Assembly (NCBI GenBank): GCA_045578385.1
Contig: JAZNKD010000024.1
Location: 44,774-108,773, forward strand
Source: Eubacteriales bacterium
Lineage (GTDB): Bacteria > Bacillota > Clostridia > Oscillospirales > CAG-272
Length of the DNA stretch: 64,000 bases
Reading direction: 5' to 3'
Part shown: positions 45,718 through 54,669 of the stretch, one piece after another
Layout of the letters: each line of letters begins with the position of its first letter
Numbering within the stretch: position 1 is the first letter of the stretch
Made by a program: the position numbers and the translations under genes
The notes under the pieces: generated by a model
Told to the model about the DNA's origin: nothing
The model's input: the letters and a program-made list of their open reading frames with translations, nothing else
The model's database searches: none

Positions 45718-46869
45718 TTAGAAATCTATATCGCGGTTTTCAAGCGCTGCAAGACCTACTCTGAACGCTCTTGCGGCAACAAGCCTGTCTTCCTCATTAT
45801 CGTGCTCCAGCATAGGCAAGAGATTTCTGAAAAGCTCGCCCTTGACACTCATATCGCGACGAAGCTTCTCGGTGTCGTAAAGCGGAAGTGTCTTATCTAT
45901 CATATCAAAGGAATAAAGCCCGAACGCCTCGGAATCAAGATTCTTGGGAATAATGAATCTCGGATCGATATTTCCTACAAGCTCAACTCTGAGCGCGGTT
46001 TCGATACCATATTTTTTCTCGCTTATAAGACGGCTGATTCGGTTGATTATTTCGTTATATGCGTTGACCGCAGTAACGTCTATCTGCTCTGTATGGAACG
46101 TAAGATGACCAAACGTGAGCTTTCTTACGTCTATCGAAATTCCACCGTTCTTATCGTCTACTATGATGAGATTCGCGCCGCCGATACCGGGATTATCAAA
46201 TCCCGTACATTCAAGAGAACCGCAATAGGTATAGAACGAAGCTCCGACTCGTTCGGTGTTACCCGCCTCGTGACGCGAGCCGAATGCGTAATAATCCGCG
46301 CCGAAGCGCTTAAGCTCGTCGGTAGATATCGGGCAACACTCCGAATCAAGACGTCCGTCGAGGTCGGCGTAACCGCAAACGATATTTATTCTCGAAATAT
46401 CGTCAACGTGTCGGTCGTAGAGAGGATTCTCCGACATTTTGGGAGTGCGAAATCCCCATCCGTAAACGGTTACGTTAAGCTCGTTTATATCCACTCTCGA
46501 AAGATTTTCATCCATTATAACGTGGCAATTTGCCGGAAGACGACCGGAATTGTAAATAGGATTATTCTCATAAGAATCAGTGCTTCCGGGCGTGATTATA
46601 AAGGTAGCATCGGGGCAATTTCTGAATTCTCTTATAAGAACCTCAGCCGTGGTATTGGTAGCGTACACCGTATCAAAAATATCACCGCACATAAGCACGA
46701 CGTCAATACCTCTGTCACGTACGTACTGCATCATCCTGCTGAATGATTTTCTCAACTCACGGCGTCTTTCCTCGCTTTTTTCCGCAGAAAGACCTGTATA
46801 CGGAGTGTCGAGATGAATATCTCCGCACTGCAAAAATTTAATATGTCTTTTTTCAGTTGTCTGACCCAT
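45718..46869 (-). CDS. Calcineurin-like metallophosphoesterase, SbcD/YhaO-like DNA repair exonuclease family
   Basis: Motifs are FLQCGDIHLD and LMCGDIFD. 383 aa. No SbcC/YhaN-type ATPase gene is adjacent. Confidence 0.75.
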   Translation of the reverse strand: MGQTTEKRHIKFLQCGDIHLDTPYTGLSAEKSEERRRELRKSFSRMMQYVRDRGIDVVLMCGDIFDTVYATNTTAEVLIREFRNCPDATFIITPGSTDSYENNPIYNSGRLPANCHVIMDENLSRVDINELNVTVYGWGFRTPKMSENPLYDRHVDDISRINIVCGYADLDGRLDSECCPISTDELKRFGADYYAFGSRHEAGNTERVGASFYTYCGSLECTGFDNPGIGGANLIIVDDKNGGISIDVRKLTFGHLTFHTEQIDVTAVNAYNEIINRISRLISEKKYGIETALRVELVGNIDPRFIIPKNLDSEAFGLYSFDMIDKTLPLYDTEKLRRDMSVKGELFRNLLPMLEHDNEEDRLVAARAFRVGLAALENRDIDF

Positions 46870-46967
46870 GTCAAACCTCCGTGTAATTTTTTAAATATTT
46901 TTCTACGGTAAGTATAACACTAAAATCGTTCTTTTGCAACATTTTTTGAAAAAAATATAGAAAACTC

Positions 46968-46996
46968 TTGCAAGAATCGTAAAAATATGCTACAAT
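46968..46996 (+). promoter_or_regulatory. Sigma-A promoter for the methyltransferase-like gene
   Basis: TTGCAA (46968-46973), 17-nt spacer, TACAAT (46991-46996). Confidence 0.6.
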
Positions 46997-47103
46997 ATAC
47001 TCAAATAAAGCGTGGCAGAATGAAAAATCTTTGAAAATCTTGGCTTTTTTCATTTTCCGCGTTTTTTAGACGCATAGGAAAAATTTGAGAAAGGAGTAGG
47101 CTT

Positions 47104-48624
47104 ATGTTAAATCTCGCCGTAAGAAATACGGGAAAGCTTATAAGAGAAAAATCAAAAAGCGAAAACGTACGTCTCGGAAGGCTTTTTACTAAGAAAAATT
47201 CAGCTCGCCTTATGGCTGATATGATAGAGCTTGATTTGGAGAAAACAGCCTATACCGTTCTCGATCCCGGAGCGGGAACAGGCATACTCAGCGCGGCCGT
47301 CGTCGAACATATTTGCAAAAACGCGCCTTCTTGCCGTCAGATATTCCTTACCTGCTACGAGGATGACGTCGATTTTATTCCTATGCTCGAGGATAATCTC
47401 GAGAGAATAAGAAAAAAGTGCCGTCACGATTATAACGTCAGACTTTTTGTTACGGTGTATCATGAGAATTATCTAATTGACGTAAAAAATCATTACACCG
47501 TTACGTTCTTCGATACGGTTGAGGATAAATTTGATATCATCATCTGCAATCCGCCGACAGACCTTATAGCAAAAGGCTCCGAAGAGGCGCTCGCCGTAGG
47601 CGGAGTAACGATGCTTAAGGTATCTGCTGCATTTCTTTTTCTTAAGGTTGCCGCAGAACATCTTGAAAAGGGCGGAAGGCTCGTTATAATGCTTCCCACC
47701 ACTGTTGCCACCGCCGCTTCACTTTCCGAAATAAGAAAGAGGATTTCAGAAACGCTTTCAATAAGAAATATACATCTTTTCGTAGGCAAGCAGAAAAACT
47801 CGAAACGCGCTATACCTCTTAAAAAGTCTTTGATTATATCCTACGAAAACTCCGATAATCATTCGAACATAGAAATTACGACGTCTGCTGACGACGGCTC
47901 GAAAGAAAAGCTCGTTAAGCTTCCCGCGCTTTCGTATGATTTCGTTGTGGACAAAAACGACGGCAGCTTAACTCTGCCGAAAACTCTTGAAGAAACCCGT
48001 ATAGTTAAATACATCGAAAACTTCCCCGAAACGCTCTCCTCCCTCGGACTTAAAATGAGCACGGGTCTTGTAATTGACTCGAAATGCAAGGATATTCTTT
48101 ACGACAAGGAAATACCGGGTACGATACCCGTGATACGTCCGTCAGCTATGATAGCGGGAGGTATTAAAATACCTATGCCGGGCGCAAAAAAGCAATATCT
48201 TATGCCAACCAAGACCTCTCTTTTCCAGAGAAATAAAAACCTCATTATAATCAAACGCGTTCCCGCAAAGAGCGACGAAAGATTTATCAATTCTTCGGTA
48301 TACTTTGCAGGCCAGCGTCCTGCAAATCAGTACATATCAACTCACAATAAGATAAACTTCATAGACACTAAGGATACGAAAGAAGAAATGTGCGCGAGGC
48401 TTGTTTTCGGTCTTTTCGCTATCCTTAACTCGACGATTTACGACAGATACATTTCCATCGTATCCAAATCGAAGCAGATAAATTCTAAAGAAATGAAGCA
48501 GCTTCGTCTACCCCCGAGAAACCTCATTGAAAATATGGGTATGAGACTTATGGCAGGGCGCGACAATTCAGTTGCGGCGTGCGATGCGATAGTCAACCCG
48601 ACCTTGCACATAAAAATCAAATAA
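47104..48624 (+). CDS. Gamma-class N6-adenine DNA methyltransferase-like protein (Eco57I/TaqI-type fold) with an atypical NPPT motif IV
   Basis: The SAM motif I is VLDPGAGTGILS. Motif IV is DIIICNPPTDL, where the canonical sequence would be NPPY/F/W. The C-terminal ~250 aa resembles a TaqI-type target recognition domain. AGGAG lies 7 nt upstream of the ATG. Confidence 0.65.
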   Translation: MLNLAVRNTGKLIREKSKSENVRLGRLFTKKNSARLMADMIELDLEKTAYTVLDPGAGTGILSAAVVEHICKNAPSCRQIFLTCYEDDVDFIPMLEDNLERIRKKCRHDYNVRLFVTVYHENYLIDVKNHYTVTFFDTVEDKFDIIICNPPTDLIAKGSEEALAVGGVTMLKVSAAFLFLKVAAEHLEKGGRLVIMLPTTVATAASLSEIRKRISETLSIRNIHLFVGKQKNSKRAIPLKKSLIISYENSDNHSNIEITTSADDGSKEKLVKLPALSYDFVVDKNDGSLTLPKTLEETRIVKYIENFPETLSSLGLKMSTGLVIDSKCKDILYDKEIPGTIPVIRPSAMIAGGIKIPMPGAKKQYLMPTKTSLFQRNKNLIIIKRVPAKSDERFINSSVYFAGQRPANQYISTHNKINFIDTKDTKEEMCARLVFGLFAILNSTIYDRYISIVSKSKQINSKEMKQLRLPPRNLIENMGMRLMAGRDNSVAACDAIVNPTLHIKIK

Positions 48625-48628
48625 AGAA

Positions 48629-48671
48629 AACGGACTGTTTCAGAAATTATCTTCGAAACAGCCCGTTTTAA
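48629..48671 (+). terminator. Possible weak terminator or attenuator hairpin between the methyltransferase-like gene and the GTPase-NYN gene
   Basis: AACGGACTGTTTC pairs with GAAACAGCCCGTT with one mismatch, followed by TTTA. Confidence 0.4.
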
Positions 48672-48710
48672 ATAATGAACGCCCACAAAGAATTAAGGAA
48701 GGAGTCTGCG

Positions 48711-51302
48711 ATGAAAAGAACGGTAATGGGCATTCTGGCTCACGTTGACGCCGGTAAAACCACGCTTTCTGAGGCGATGCTCTATACCTCGGGTATGAAG
48801 CAAACGCTCGGCAGAGTCGATAAGCGCAACGTCGCGCTTGACACTCACACCATCGAAAAGGAACGCGGAATCACGATTTTCTCAAAGCAGGTAGAAATAG
48901 AATTACCCGACACGGCGCTGACTTTAATTGACACGCCCGGTCACATTGACTTTTCTTGCGAGACCGAGCGTTCGTTATCGGTACAGGATTACGCTATACT
49001 CGTCGTCAGCGCGCCGGAAGGCCCGACGGCGCATACTATGACGCTTTGGAATCTTCTTTCAAGCAAAAAAATTCCCACCTTTATCTTTGTAAACAAAATC
49101 GATATAGCCGAAAGACGACGCGTTGACCTTCTCGGCGAGCTGAGGCGCGCTTTCGGCAACGAAGTTATCGATTTCAACCTTGAAACCGAAAATTACGATA
49201 GATTTTCGGAGGAATGTGCTGCAACAGACGAAGCTCTTATGTCTGAGTACTTTGAACTTGGAAAAATATCCGAAGATAAAATTAAAAAAGCTGTTTATGC
49301 AAGGCGCGTAATTCCTTGCTTTTTTGGCTCGGCTTTAAAGTGCGAGGGTATAAAGCAATTCCTCGCAGCAATAGATAAATACACTATTAAAAAACCCTAT
49401 TCGGACACAATTTTGGGAGCAAAGGTTTACAAAATAAGCACCGACCCCTCGGGAGCGCGCTTAACTTACCTTAAAGTTACAGGCGGTAAGCTTATGCCCA
49501 AAGATACGGTTCACTACATTGGTGACGGCGGAAAGCTATATTCCGAAAAGATAGAAGGTCTCCGTCTTTACTCTGCAGATAAATACAAATCTCTTAAGGT
49601 TGCCGAGGCGGGTACGGTTTGCGCCGTTGTCGGTCTTAGTCACACGAGAGCCGGCGGAGGAATCGGCGTGGAATTCGACTCGGATACGGTTCTTGAACCC
49701 GTGCTAGACTACAAAATGATATTTGAGGATAAAGGCACCGACACTCATCTTGCCTTTATGACACTTCTTCCTCTCGGAGAGGAGGAGCCGGCGCTAAGCC
49801 TTCGTTACGATGCGACAAGCGGCGAAATAAGAGTTAAGCTTATGGGTGATATACAGACCGAAGTCCTTACCCGTGTTATTTACGACAGATTCGGGCTTCG
49901 CGTTTCGTTCGGTGAAGGAAGCATTCTATACAAGGAAACGATAAGAGAAAAGGTATTCGGCGCAGGACATTTCGAGCCTCTGATGCATTACGCTGAGGTC
50001 AGGCTTAGACTGGAGCCTCTGCCGCGCGGCTCGGGGCTTGTTTTCGCCACCAACTGCCCAACAGACAGACTGCGTGCGAATTGGCAGAGACTGATTCTTT
50101 CCCACCTCGAAGAAAAAGCGCACAAAGGAATACTTACAGGCTCTCCGATAACGGATATGAAAATAACCCTTATAGCAGGAAGGGCGCATCCAAAGCATAC
50201 CGAGGGCGGAGATTTCAGAGAAGCGACGTTCAGGGCTTTAAGGCAAGGACTTATGAAATCCGAGCCTGTTTTGCTTGAGCCGGTATTCGATTTTACCATA
50301 AAATTACCCGAAGATATGCTCGGCAGGGCTATGACCGATATATCAAATATGCACGGAGAATGCGAGCCTCCCGAATTTCACTCGGGGGTGGCAAAGCTCG
50401 TCGGCACCTGCCCCGTTTTTACTATGCGAAGCTACGCGAAAGAGCTTCGTGCATACACCCGCGGAAACGGCAGTATAACACTCAACCTTGGCGGTTACCG
50501 CGAATGCCACAACACAGACGAAATTATAGCCGATCGAGCTTACAATCCGGAGCTTGATCCATCGGTGACCGCAGATTCGGTATTCTGCAAGAAAGGCTCG
50601 GGCTACGCTGTTCCCTGGTACGAAGCCGATGATAAGATGCACACCGACAATCCCGAAGAAGTGACCGAATACACCACAAGCGACAGCACCGTCACCTCAG
50701 CTTCCGACAAAAAGAAAAAACAGAGCTACAGCGGTACTATCGAAGAAGATAAGGAGCTTATGCGAATCTTCGAAAGCACCTACGGCAAAATACGTCAAAG
50801 AACAGTTCCTGACAAAATCGAAAATGCGGCAAAGGAAGAAAAACAAAAGCGCAAAAAGCCGCAGGAAAAGGGCGAAGAATATCTTATCATTGACGGATAC
50901 AATCTTATTTTCGCTTGGGATAAGCTAAAAAGACTTGCCGATGCGGAGCTCGCGCACGCAAGAGATACTCTCATCCATATTATGTGCAACTATCGCGGAT
51001 TTAAAAAATGCAATCTGATACTGGTCTTTGATGCCTATAAAAGACGCGATAACGAAGGCTCGGAAGAAATTATCGGCGGTATCACGGTAGTTTATACCAA
51101 AGAAAGACAGACCGCCGATGCGTACATTGAGCGTAGCACCTACACTCTTTCGAATAAAAACATTGTTAGAGTCGTAACTAGCGACTACGAGGAGCAGCTT
51201 ATAGTTCTTGGAAACGGTGCTGCCAGAGTTCCAGCAAAGGAATTTATAAAAGAAGTAGAAACAACTACGGACCTTGAACAATTTGGAATTGCAAATTCTT
51301 AG
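48711..51302 (+). CDS. Fusion protein: TetM/EF-G-like translational GTPase (N-terminal ~640 aa) plus a YacP/Rae1-type NYN ribonuclease domain (C-terminal ~140 aa)
   Basis: The GTPase motifs are G1 AHVDAGKT, G2 ERGITI, G3 DTPGH and G4 NKID. The sequence is collinear with TetM through domains II-V. The C-terminus LIIDGYNLIFAW / LVFDAY / TKERQTADAYIE / VVTSDYEEQLIVLGNGAARVPAKEF matches B. subtilis YacP. The start is ATG 48711, with AAGGAAGGAG upstream. Confidence 0.85.
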   Translation: MKRTVMGILAHVDAGKTTLSEAMLYTSGMKQTLGRVDKRNVALDTHTIEKERGITIFSKQVEIELPDTALTLIDTPGHIDFSCETERSLSVQDYAILVVSAPEGPTAHTMTLWNLLSSKKIPTFIFVNKIDIAERRRVDLLGELRRAFGNEVIDFNLETENYDRFSEECAATDEALMSEYFELGKISEDKIKKAVYARRVIPCFFGSALKCEGIKQFLAAIDKYTIKKPYSDTILGAKVYKISTDPSGARLTYLKVTGGKLMPKDTVHYIGDGGKLYSEKIEGLRLYSADKYKSLKVAEAGTVCAVVGLSHTRAGGGIGVEFDSDTVLEPVLDYKMIFEDKGTDTHLAFMTLLPLGEEEPALSLRYDATSGEIRVKLMGDIQTEVLTRVIYDRFGLRVSFGEGSILYKETIREKVFGAGHFEPLMHYAEVRLRLEPLPRGSGLVFATNCPTDRLRANWQRLILSHLEEKAHKGILTGSPITDMKITLIAGRAHPKHTEGGDFREATFRALRQGLMKSEPVLLEPVFDFTIKLPEDMLGRAMTDISNMHGECEPPEFHSGVAKLVGTCPVFTMRSYAKELRAYTRGNGSITLNLGGYRECHNTDEIIADRAYNPELDPSVTADSVFCKKGSGYAVPWYEADDKMHTDNPEEVTEYTTSDSTVTSASDKKKKQSYSGTIEEDKELMRIFESTYGKIRQRTVPDKIENAAKEEKQKRKKPQEKGEEYLIIDGYNLIFAWDKLKRLADAELAHARDTLIHIMCNYRGFKKCNLILVFDAYKRRDNEGSEEIIGGITVVYTKERQTADAYIERSTYTLSNKNIVRVVTSDYEEQLIVLGNGAARVPAKEFIKEVETTTDLEQFGIANS

Positions 51303-51400
51303 TTTTTTGACTCGTGTTGCTAACCAAAAATTACACGCGCAAATTAATTTTAAAAATCAAGCATATTTCTCGCGTTAAAATCAATACAATTTAACAAGTA

Positions 51401-51429
51401 TTGACATTTTACTACAAAAGTGTTAAAAT
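51401..51429 (+). promoter_or_regulatory. Sigma-A promoter upstream of the GT2 gene
   Basis: TTGACA (51401-51406), 17-nt spacer, TAAAAT (51424-51429). Confidence 0.6.
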
Positions 51430-51502
51430 GTTCATATAAGCAACAGTTTGAGTATGCCGAAAACCTATCCCGTACCTATACACTTTTAAGGATGTATTAA
51501 TT

Positions 51503-52699
51503 ATGAGTGAAAAAATCGATAATTCCGGAAATACCGATTTAGAAAAAAATATATTATCAGAAGACGAAATGCTCGCCGAAAGCCTTAATGCTGAGGTGAA
51601 GGTTTCCGTTATAGTACCGATTTACAACGCCTGCAAGCATCTGCGCCCCGCGCTCGAAAGTATACTCGATCAGACTCTCAGGGAAATAGAGGTTATCTGT
51701 GTTGACGACGGATCCACGGACACTTCCCTTGATATGCTTAAAATATATCAGAAAAGAGACTGTCGAATAAGAATCATCACTGAAACAAACGCAGGTCCCG
51801 GTCACGCAAGAAATAACGGATTGCGCCGTGCGAGAGGAAAATACGTAGCGTTTCTCGACGCAGATGATTTCTTTGAGCCTACCCTCCTTGAAAATCTATA
51901 TACCAAAGCAGAAGAAAACAACCTTGATATAGCTATCGTGAGATACGACATATATGATAACAAAAAAGGTAAATTCGTAGCCAACATCGAAAGCGAGCAC
52001 GCAAAGATATACGAAGGCGGAGTCGTTACGTCTAAGAATGAATATCCCGACTATATTCTTGAATCAACCACAGGCGCTGCGTGGAACAAGCTTTTCAAAA
52101 AGAGCTTCATACTCGAAAAAGGTATTCTGTTTACAACGGAAGCGCTTATATTCGAGGACGTTTACTTCACATCTTCCGCGCTTGCGTTTGCTGAGCGCGT
52201 TGCAAGAATCCCCGATATTCTCGTGCATCACAGAATATACAGTCAGCAAAGCCGCGTCCGTTCCTTTAAGAAATACTATATTCAGGTCCCGGGCGTGTTC
52301 CTTAAGCTTAAAGAATTTCTTATGAAAGGCGGTATGTATCAGCCACTTGCAAAGGGATTTCTGAACCTTTCCTGCAGCCGTTGCTATCACACCTTTAATC
52401 TTTTGAAATCAGATGCAAAAGAGCTGTTCTGGAATATGCTTCACGACGGTATGAACGAGATGCTCGGTTGGGGAGAGCATGAAGCAGAGGATTTCGAAAA
52501 GAAGGAGGTCTGCGAATTCTCGGCGAACGTTGAGATGTATACCTACGAGCAATACGTAAGGCGTCTTGCCATGGGCAGAAAGCTTGACAAGGAAAGACTT
52601 GCCGAGACCTTAAAGCAAAACAAACGCCGCAAACAAATCAGAACCTTCTTTGGAAAGCTTTTCGGAAAGAAAAAGAAAACCACCGACACAAACCTTTGA
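51503..52699 (+). CDS. Glycosyltransferase family 2
   Basis: VSVIVPIYNACKHLRPALESILDQTLREIEVICVDDGSTD and the FLDADD (DxD) motif are present. Confidence 0.85.
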   Translation: MSEKIDNSGNTDLEKNILSEDEMLAESLNAEVKVSVIVPIYNACKHLRPALESILDQTLREIEVICVDDGSTDTSLDMLKIYQKRDCRIRIITETNAGPGHARNNGLRRARGKYVAFLDADDFFEPTLLENLYTKAEENNLDIAIVRYDIYDNKKGKFVANIESEHAKIYEGGVVTSKNEYPDYILESTTGAAWNKLFKKSFILEKGILFTTEALIFEDVYFTSSALAFAERVARIPDILVHHRIYSQQSRVRSFKKYYIQVPGVFLKLKEFLMKGGMYQPLAKGFLNLSCSRCYHTFNLLKSDAKELFWNMLHDGMNEMLGWGEHEAEDFEKKEVCEFSANVEMYTYEQYVRRLAMGRKLDKERLAETLKQNKRRKQIRTFFGKLFGKKKKTTDTNL

Positions 52700-52720
52700 T
52701 ATAAACTAGAGAATATTACT

Positions 52721-53083
52721 ATGAAAACGATTGAGCTTTGGGAAGACTTTCCGGAATTCGAAGCAGGACATCATCATCCCACGCTTGAATACTACAAAGC
52801 GGATGTAAAACGCGGTAAAGGTACCGTAGTTATTCTTCCCGACGGAGTGTATTCTCTCCGCTCCCCTCACGAGTGAGAGGGATATGCGAAATTTTTAAAT
52901 TCGCTCGGACTCGATTGCTTTGTTATGCAATACCGAGTTTCTCCCACAAGATTTCCCTCCCCCTTGCTTGATGCAAGACGAGCTGTGAGACACGTGCGCG
53001 GTCTCGCAGAGGACAATACTGTTGTTTCCCGTTGGGCTCGCGACCTTGAATTTTGGCTTCATATGATGGGATATACAGACTAA
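52721..53083 (+). pseudogene. Decayed alpha/beta-hydrolase (acetyl-esterase/BD-FAE-like) gene remnant
   Basis: The frame reads MKTIELWEDFPEF...VVILPDGVYSLRSPHE, meets an in-frame TGA at 52874-52876, then continues EGYAKFLNSLGLDCFVMQYRVSPTRFPSPLLDARRAVRHVRGLAEDN. It jumps directly to a short C-terminal tail. The nucleophile elbow and the rest of the fold are missing. Confidence 0.6.
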
Positions 53084-53103
53084 GTACCGGTTGATTAAAA
53101 TAC

Positions 53104-53157
53104 AAAAGCAGCAAAAGGGATAAGGACACCGCGCCTTATCCCTTTTGCTGCTTTTCG
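53104..53157. terminator. Strong bidirectional terminator (22-bp perfect stem)
   Basis: AAAAGCAGCAAAAGGGATAAGG (53104-53125) pairs perfectly with CCTTATCCCTTTTGCTGCTTTT (53134-53155). It lies between convergent transcription units. Confidence 0.75.
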
Positions 53158-53218
53158 CATTTAATATTTGAAAAACTAATGTTATTTAAAAAACGTTTGA
53201 ACGGGAAGTTTCTTAAAA

Positions 53219-54619
53219 CTATGCACCCGGAGTTACCTGATTATAATAGTCAAGCGCTTCCTGTATGGCGAGAATATACGGTATAATTTCAGATCTGGTG
53301 CAGTTACGCACAACCTTGAACTCCTGACCGTTATTCATGTTGGTATAGTAAGGTGCCGCTTTCAAGAATGCATCGCGCAAATTATGAACAGCAGGATTAT
53401 CGGAATTCTGATTTTTAACCAATATATCATAAACGTTTTTGAATATTTTTGAGTTATCTATATCGTTGAAGATATCGCTGTCGTTCGTGGACATAATTTC
53501 CTCAATAGTCTTAAGCTTATCGTACTGGTCGCCCTGCTCCTGACCAACCTTATAGGTTATACCGTTCGCAACTTCATACGTACTCGGAGATGCCGTCCAG
53601 CTATTGACGTTAAACGAGCCCTGGTGACCTGACATAGAGCTGTCATAGTCCTGAATATTTGCCGTCCCCTCGTAAAGCTGAGCAAGCTGATACCAATTTC
53701 CGTTTGGATCGCACGTATAGGTTATTGCATAAACCTTAGCCGTTCCGCCCGAGTTGCTGAGATCATCAGTCGTTATGTATACCGTGTACTCACATCCAGT
53801 GGGTGCGTTTGCAGTACCGCTGTAGCTATCACCGGTTAATCTGTCATCAACGTTTTCACGCCTTATCATAATAGTAACCGGTTTTTCGGTACCGTCGATA
53901 TTTACCGTAGGATTGCTTCCGAACAGCTTATCAAATATTTCTTTATCCTCACCTACGTTACCTATAACCGTAGTCCTGTCCTCAGCATACTTATCGTCAA
54001 ACACCTCAGTTATGTAATTATATCCTAAGGTTGATATTTTATCGTTAAGTACAGCTAAGAACTCGTCATGAACGGCGTCCATTTTTATGCCGAATTTGAA
54101 GTTTACAAGCGTAGTAACGTATCCCACCGATTGCGCTCTTGATCCAAACGTATAGGTTACGTAAAAATCACGGCTAGTCATAGGAGGTATCCAGTCGTCT
54201 GTATTAAAGGTTGCTCCGGAATCCGACGCCTTGTCCTTAGTTGTGACGGAAACACCGCCCGAATCTCCAATAAGAGAATTTGACTCATAGCCGTTATCCC
54301 AATCCGGATTTATATACCAATAATGAAGCTCGGTATTGTTATACACGGTAATTTTATACGTTATGCTTGAGCTTGAGGAGGATACTCTTACTACTGAGTT
54401 AAAGTTAGTTGGCTTCAAATAAGAAGCGCTGACGTTTGTCGCCCCTGATGACGAAACGAAGGAAACCTCGGTTATATATACGCCTTCAAAAGGCTTCTCT
54501 TTATACGCAGCACTTCCGGAAATGCTCAGCCTTTCTACAACAGAAGCATAACCTATCAAAAGAGAAATCGACATGAAGGAGAGTCCGAGCCAAGTAAGAA
54601 TTTTCGTTATTCTCGTCAT
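53219..54619 (-). CDS. Secreted or anchored protein of unknown function (466 aa) carrying the shared N-terminal IGYASVVERLSISGSAAY motif
   Basis: The start is ATG at 54619, with AAAGGAGGGTG 6 nt upstream. It has an N-terminal hydrophobic segment and then a Ser/Thr/Asn-rich, beta-rich sequence. It is the last gene of the sipW-like operon. The track ORF starts at 54673. Confidence 0.7.
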   Translation of the reverse strand: MTRITKILTWLGLSFMSISLLIGYASVVERLSISGSAAYKEKPFEGVYITEVSFVSSSGATNVSASYLKPTNFNSVVRVSSSSSSITYKITVYNNTELHYWYINPDWDNGYESNSLIGDSGGVSVTTKDKASDSGATFNTDDWIPPMTSRDFYVTYTFGSRAQSVGYVTTLVNFKFGIKMDAVHDEFLAVLNDKISTLGYNYITEVFDDKYAEDRTTVIGNVGEDKEIFDKLFGSNPTVNIDGTEKPVTIMIRRENVDDRLTGDSYSGTANAPTGCEYTVYITTDDLSNSGGTAKVYAITYTCDPNGNWYQLAQLYEGTANIQDYDSSMSGHQGSFNVNSWTASPSTYEVANGITYKVGQEQGDQYDKLKTIEEIMSTNDSDIFNDIDNSKIFKNVYDILVKNQNSDNPAVHNLRDAFLKAAPYYTNMNNGQEFKVVRNCTRSEIIPYILAIQEALDYYNQVTPGA

Positions 54620-54669
54620 GGTTTGCACCCTCCTTTTTTGCATATTTGTTGACTTATATTTACATTTTA

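Noticed and set aside
45712-46746. 344-aa plus-strand ORF lying entirely antisense to the metallophosphoesterase gene.
   Set aside because: Its translation (MCLEIYIAVFKRCKTYSERS...) is low-complexity and has no motif, ribosome binding site or promoter. The opposite strand carries clear calcineurin-type nuclease motifs and a proper RBS. I treat it as a shadow ORF.
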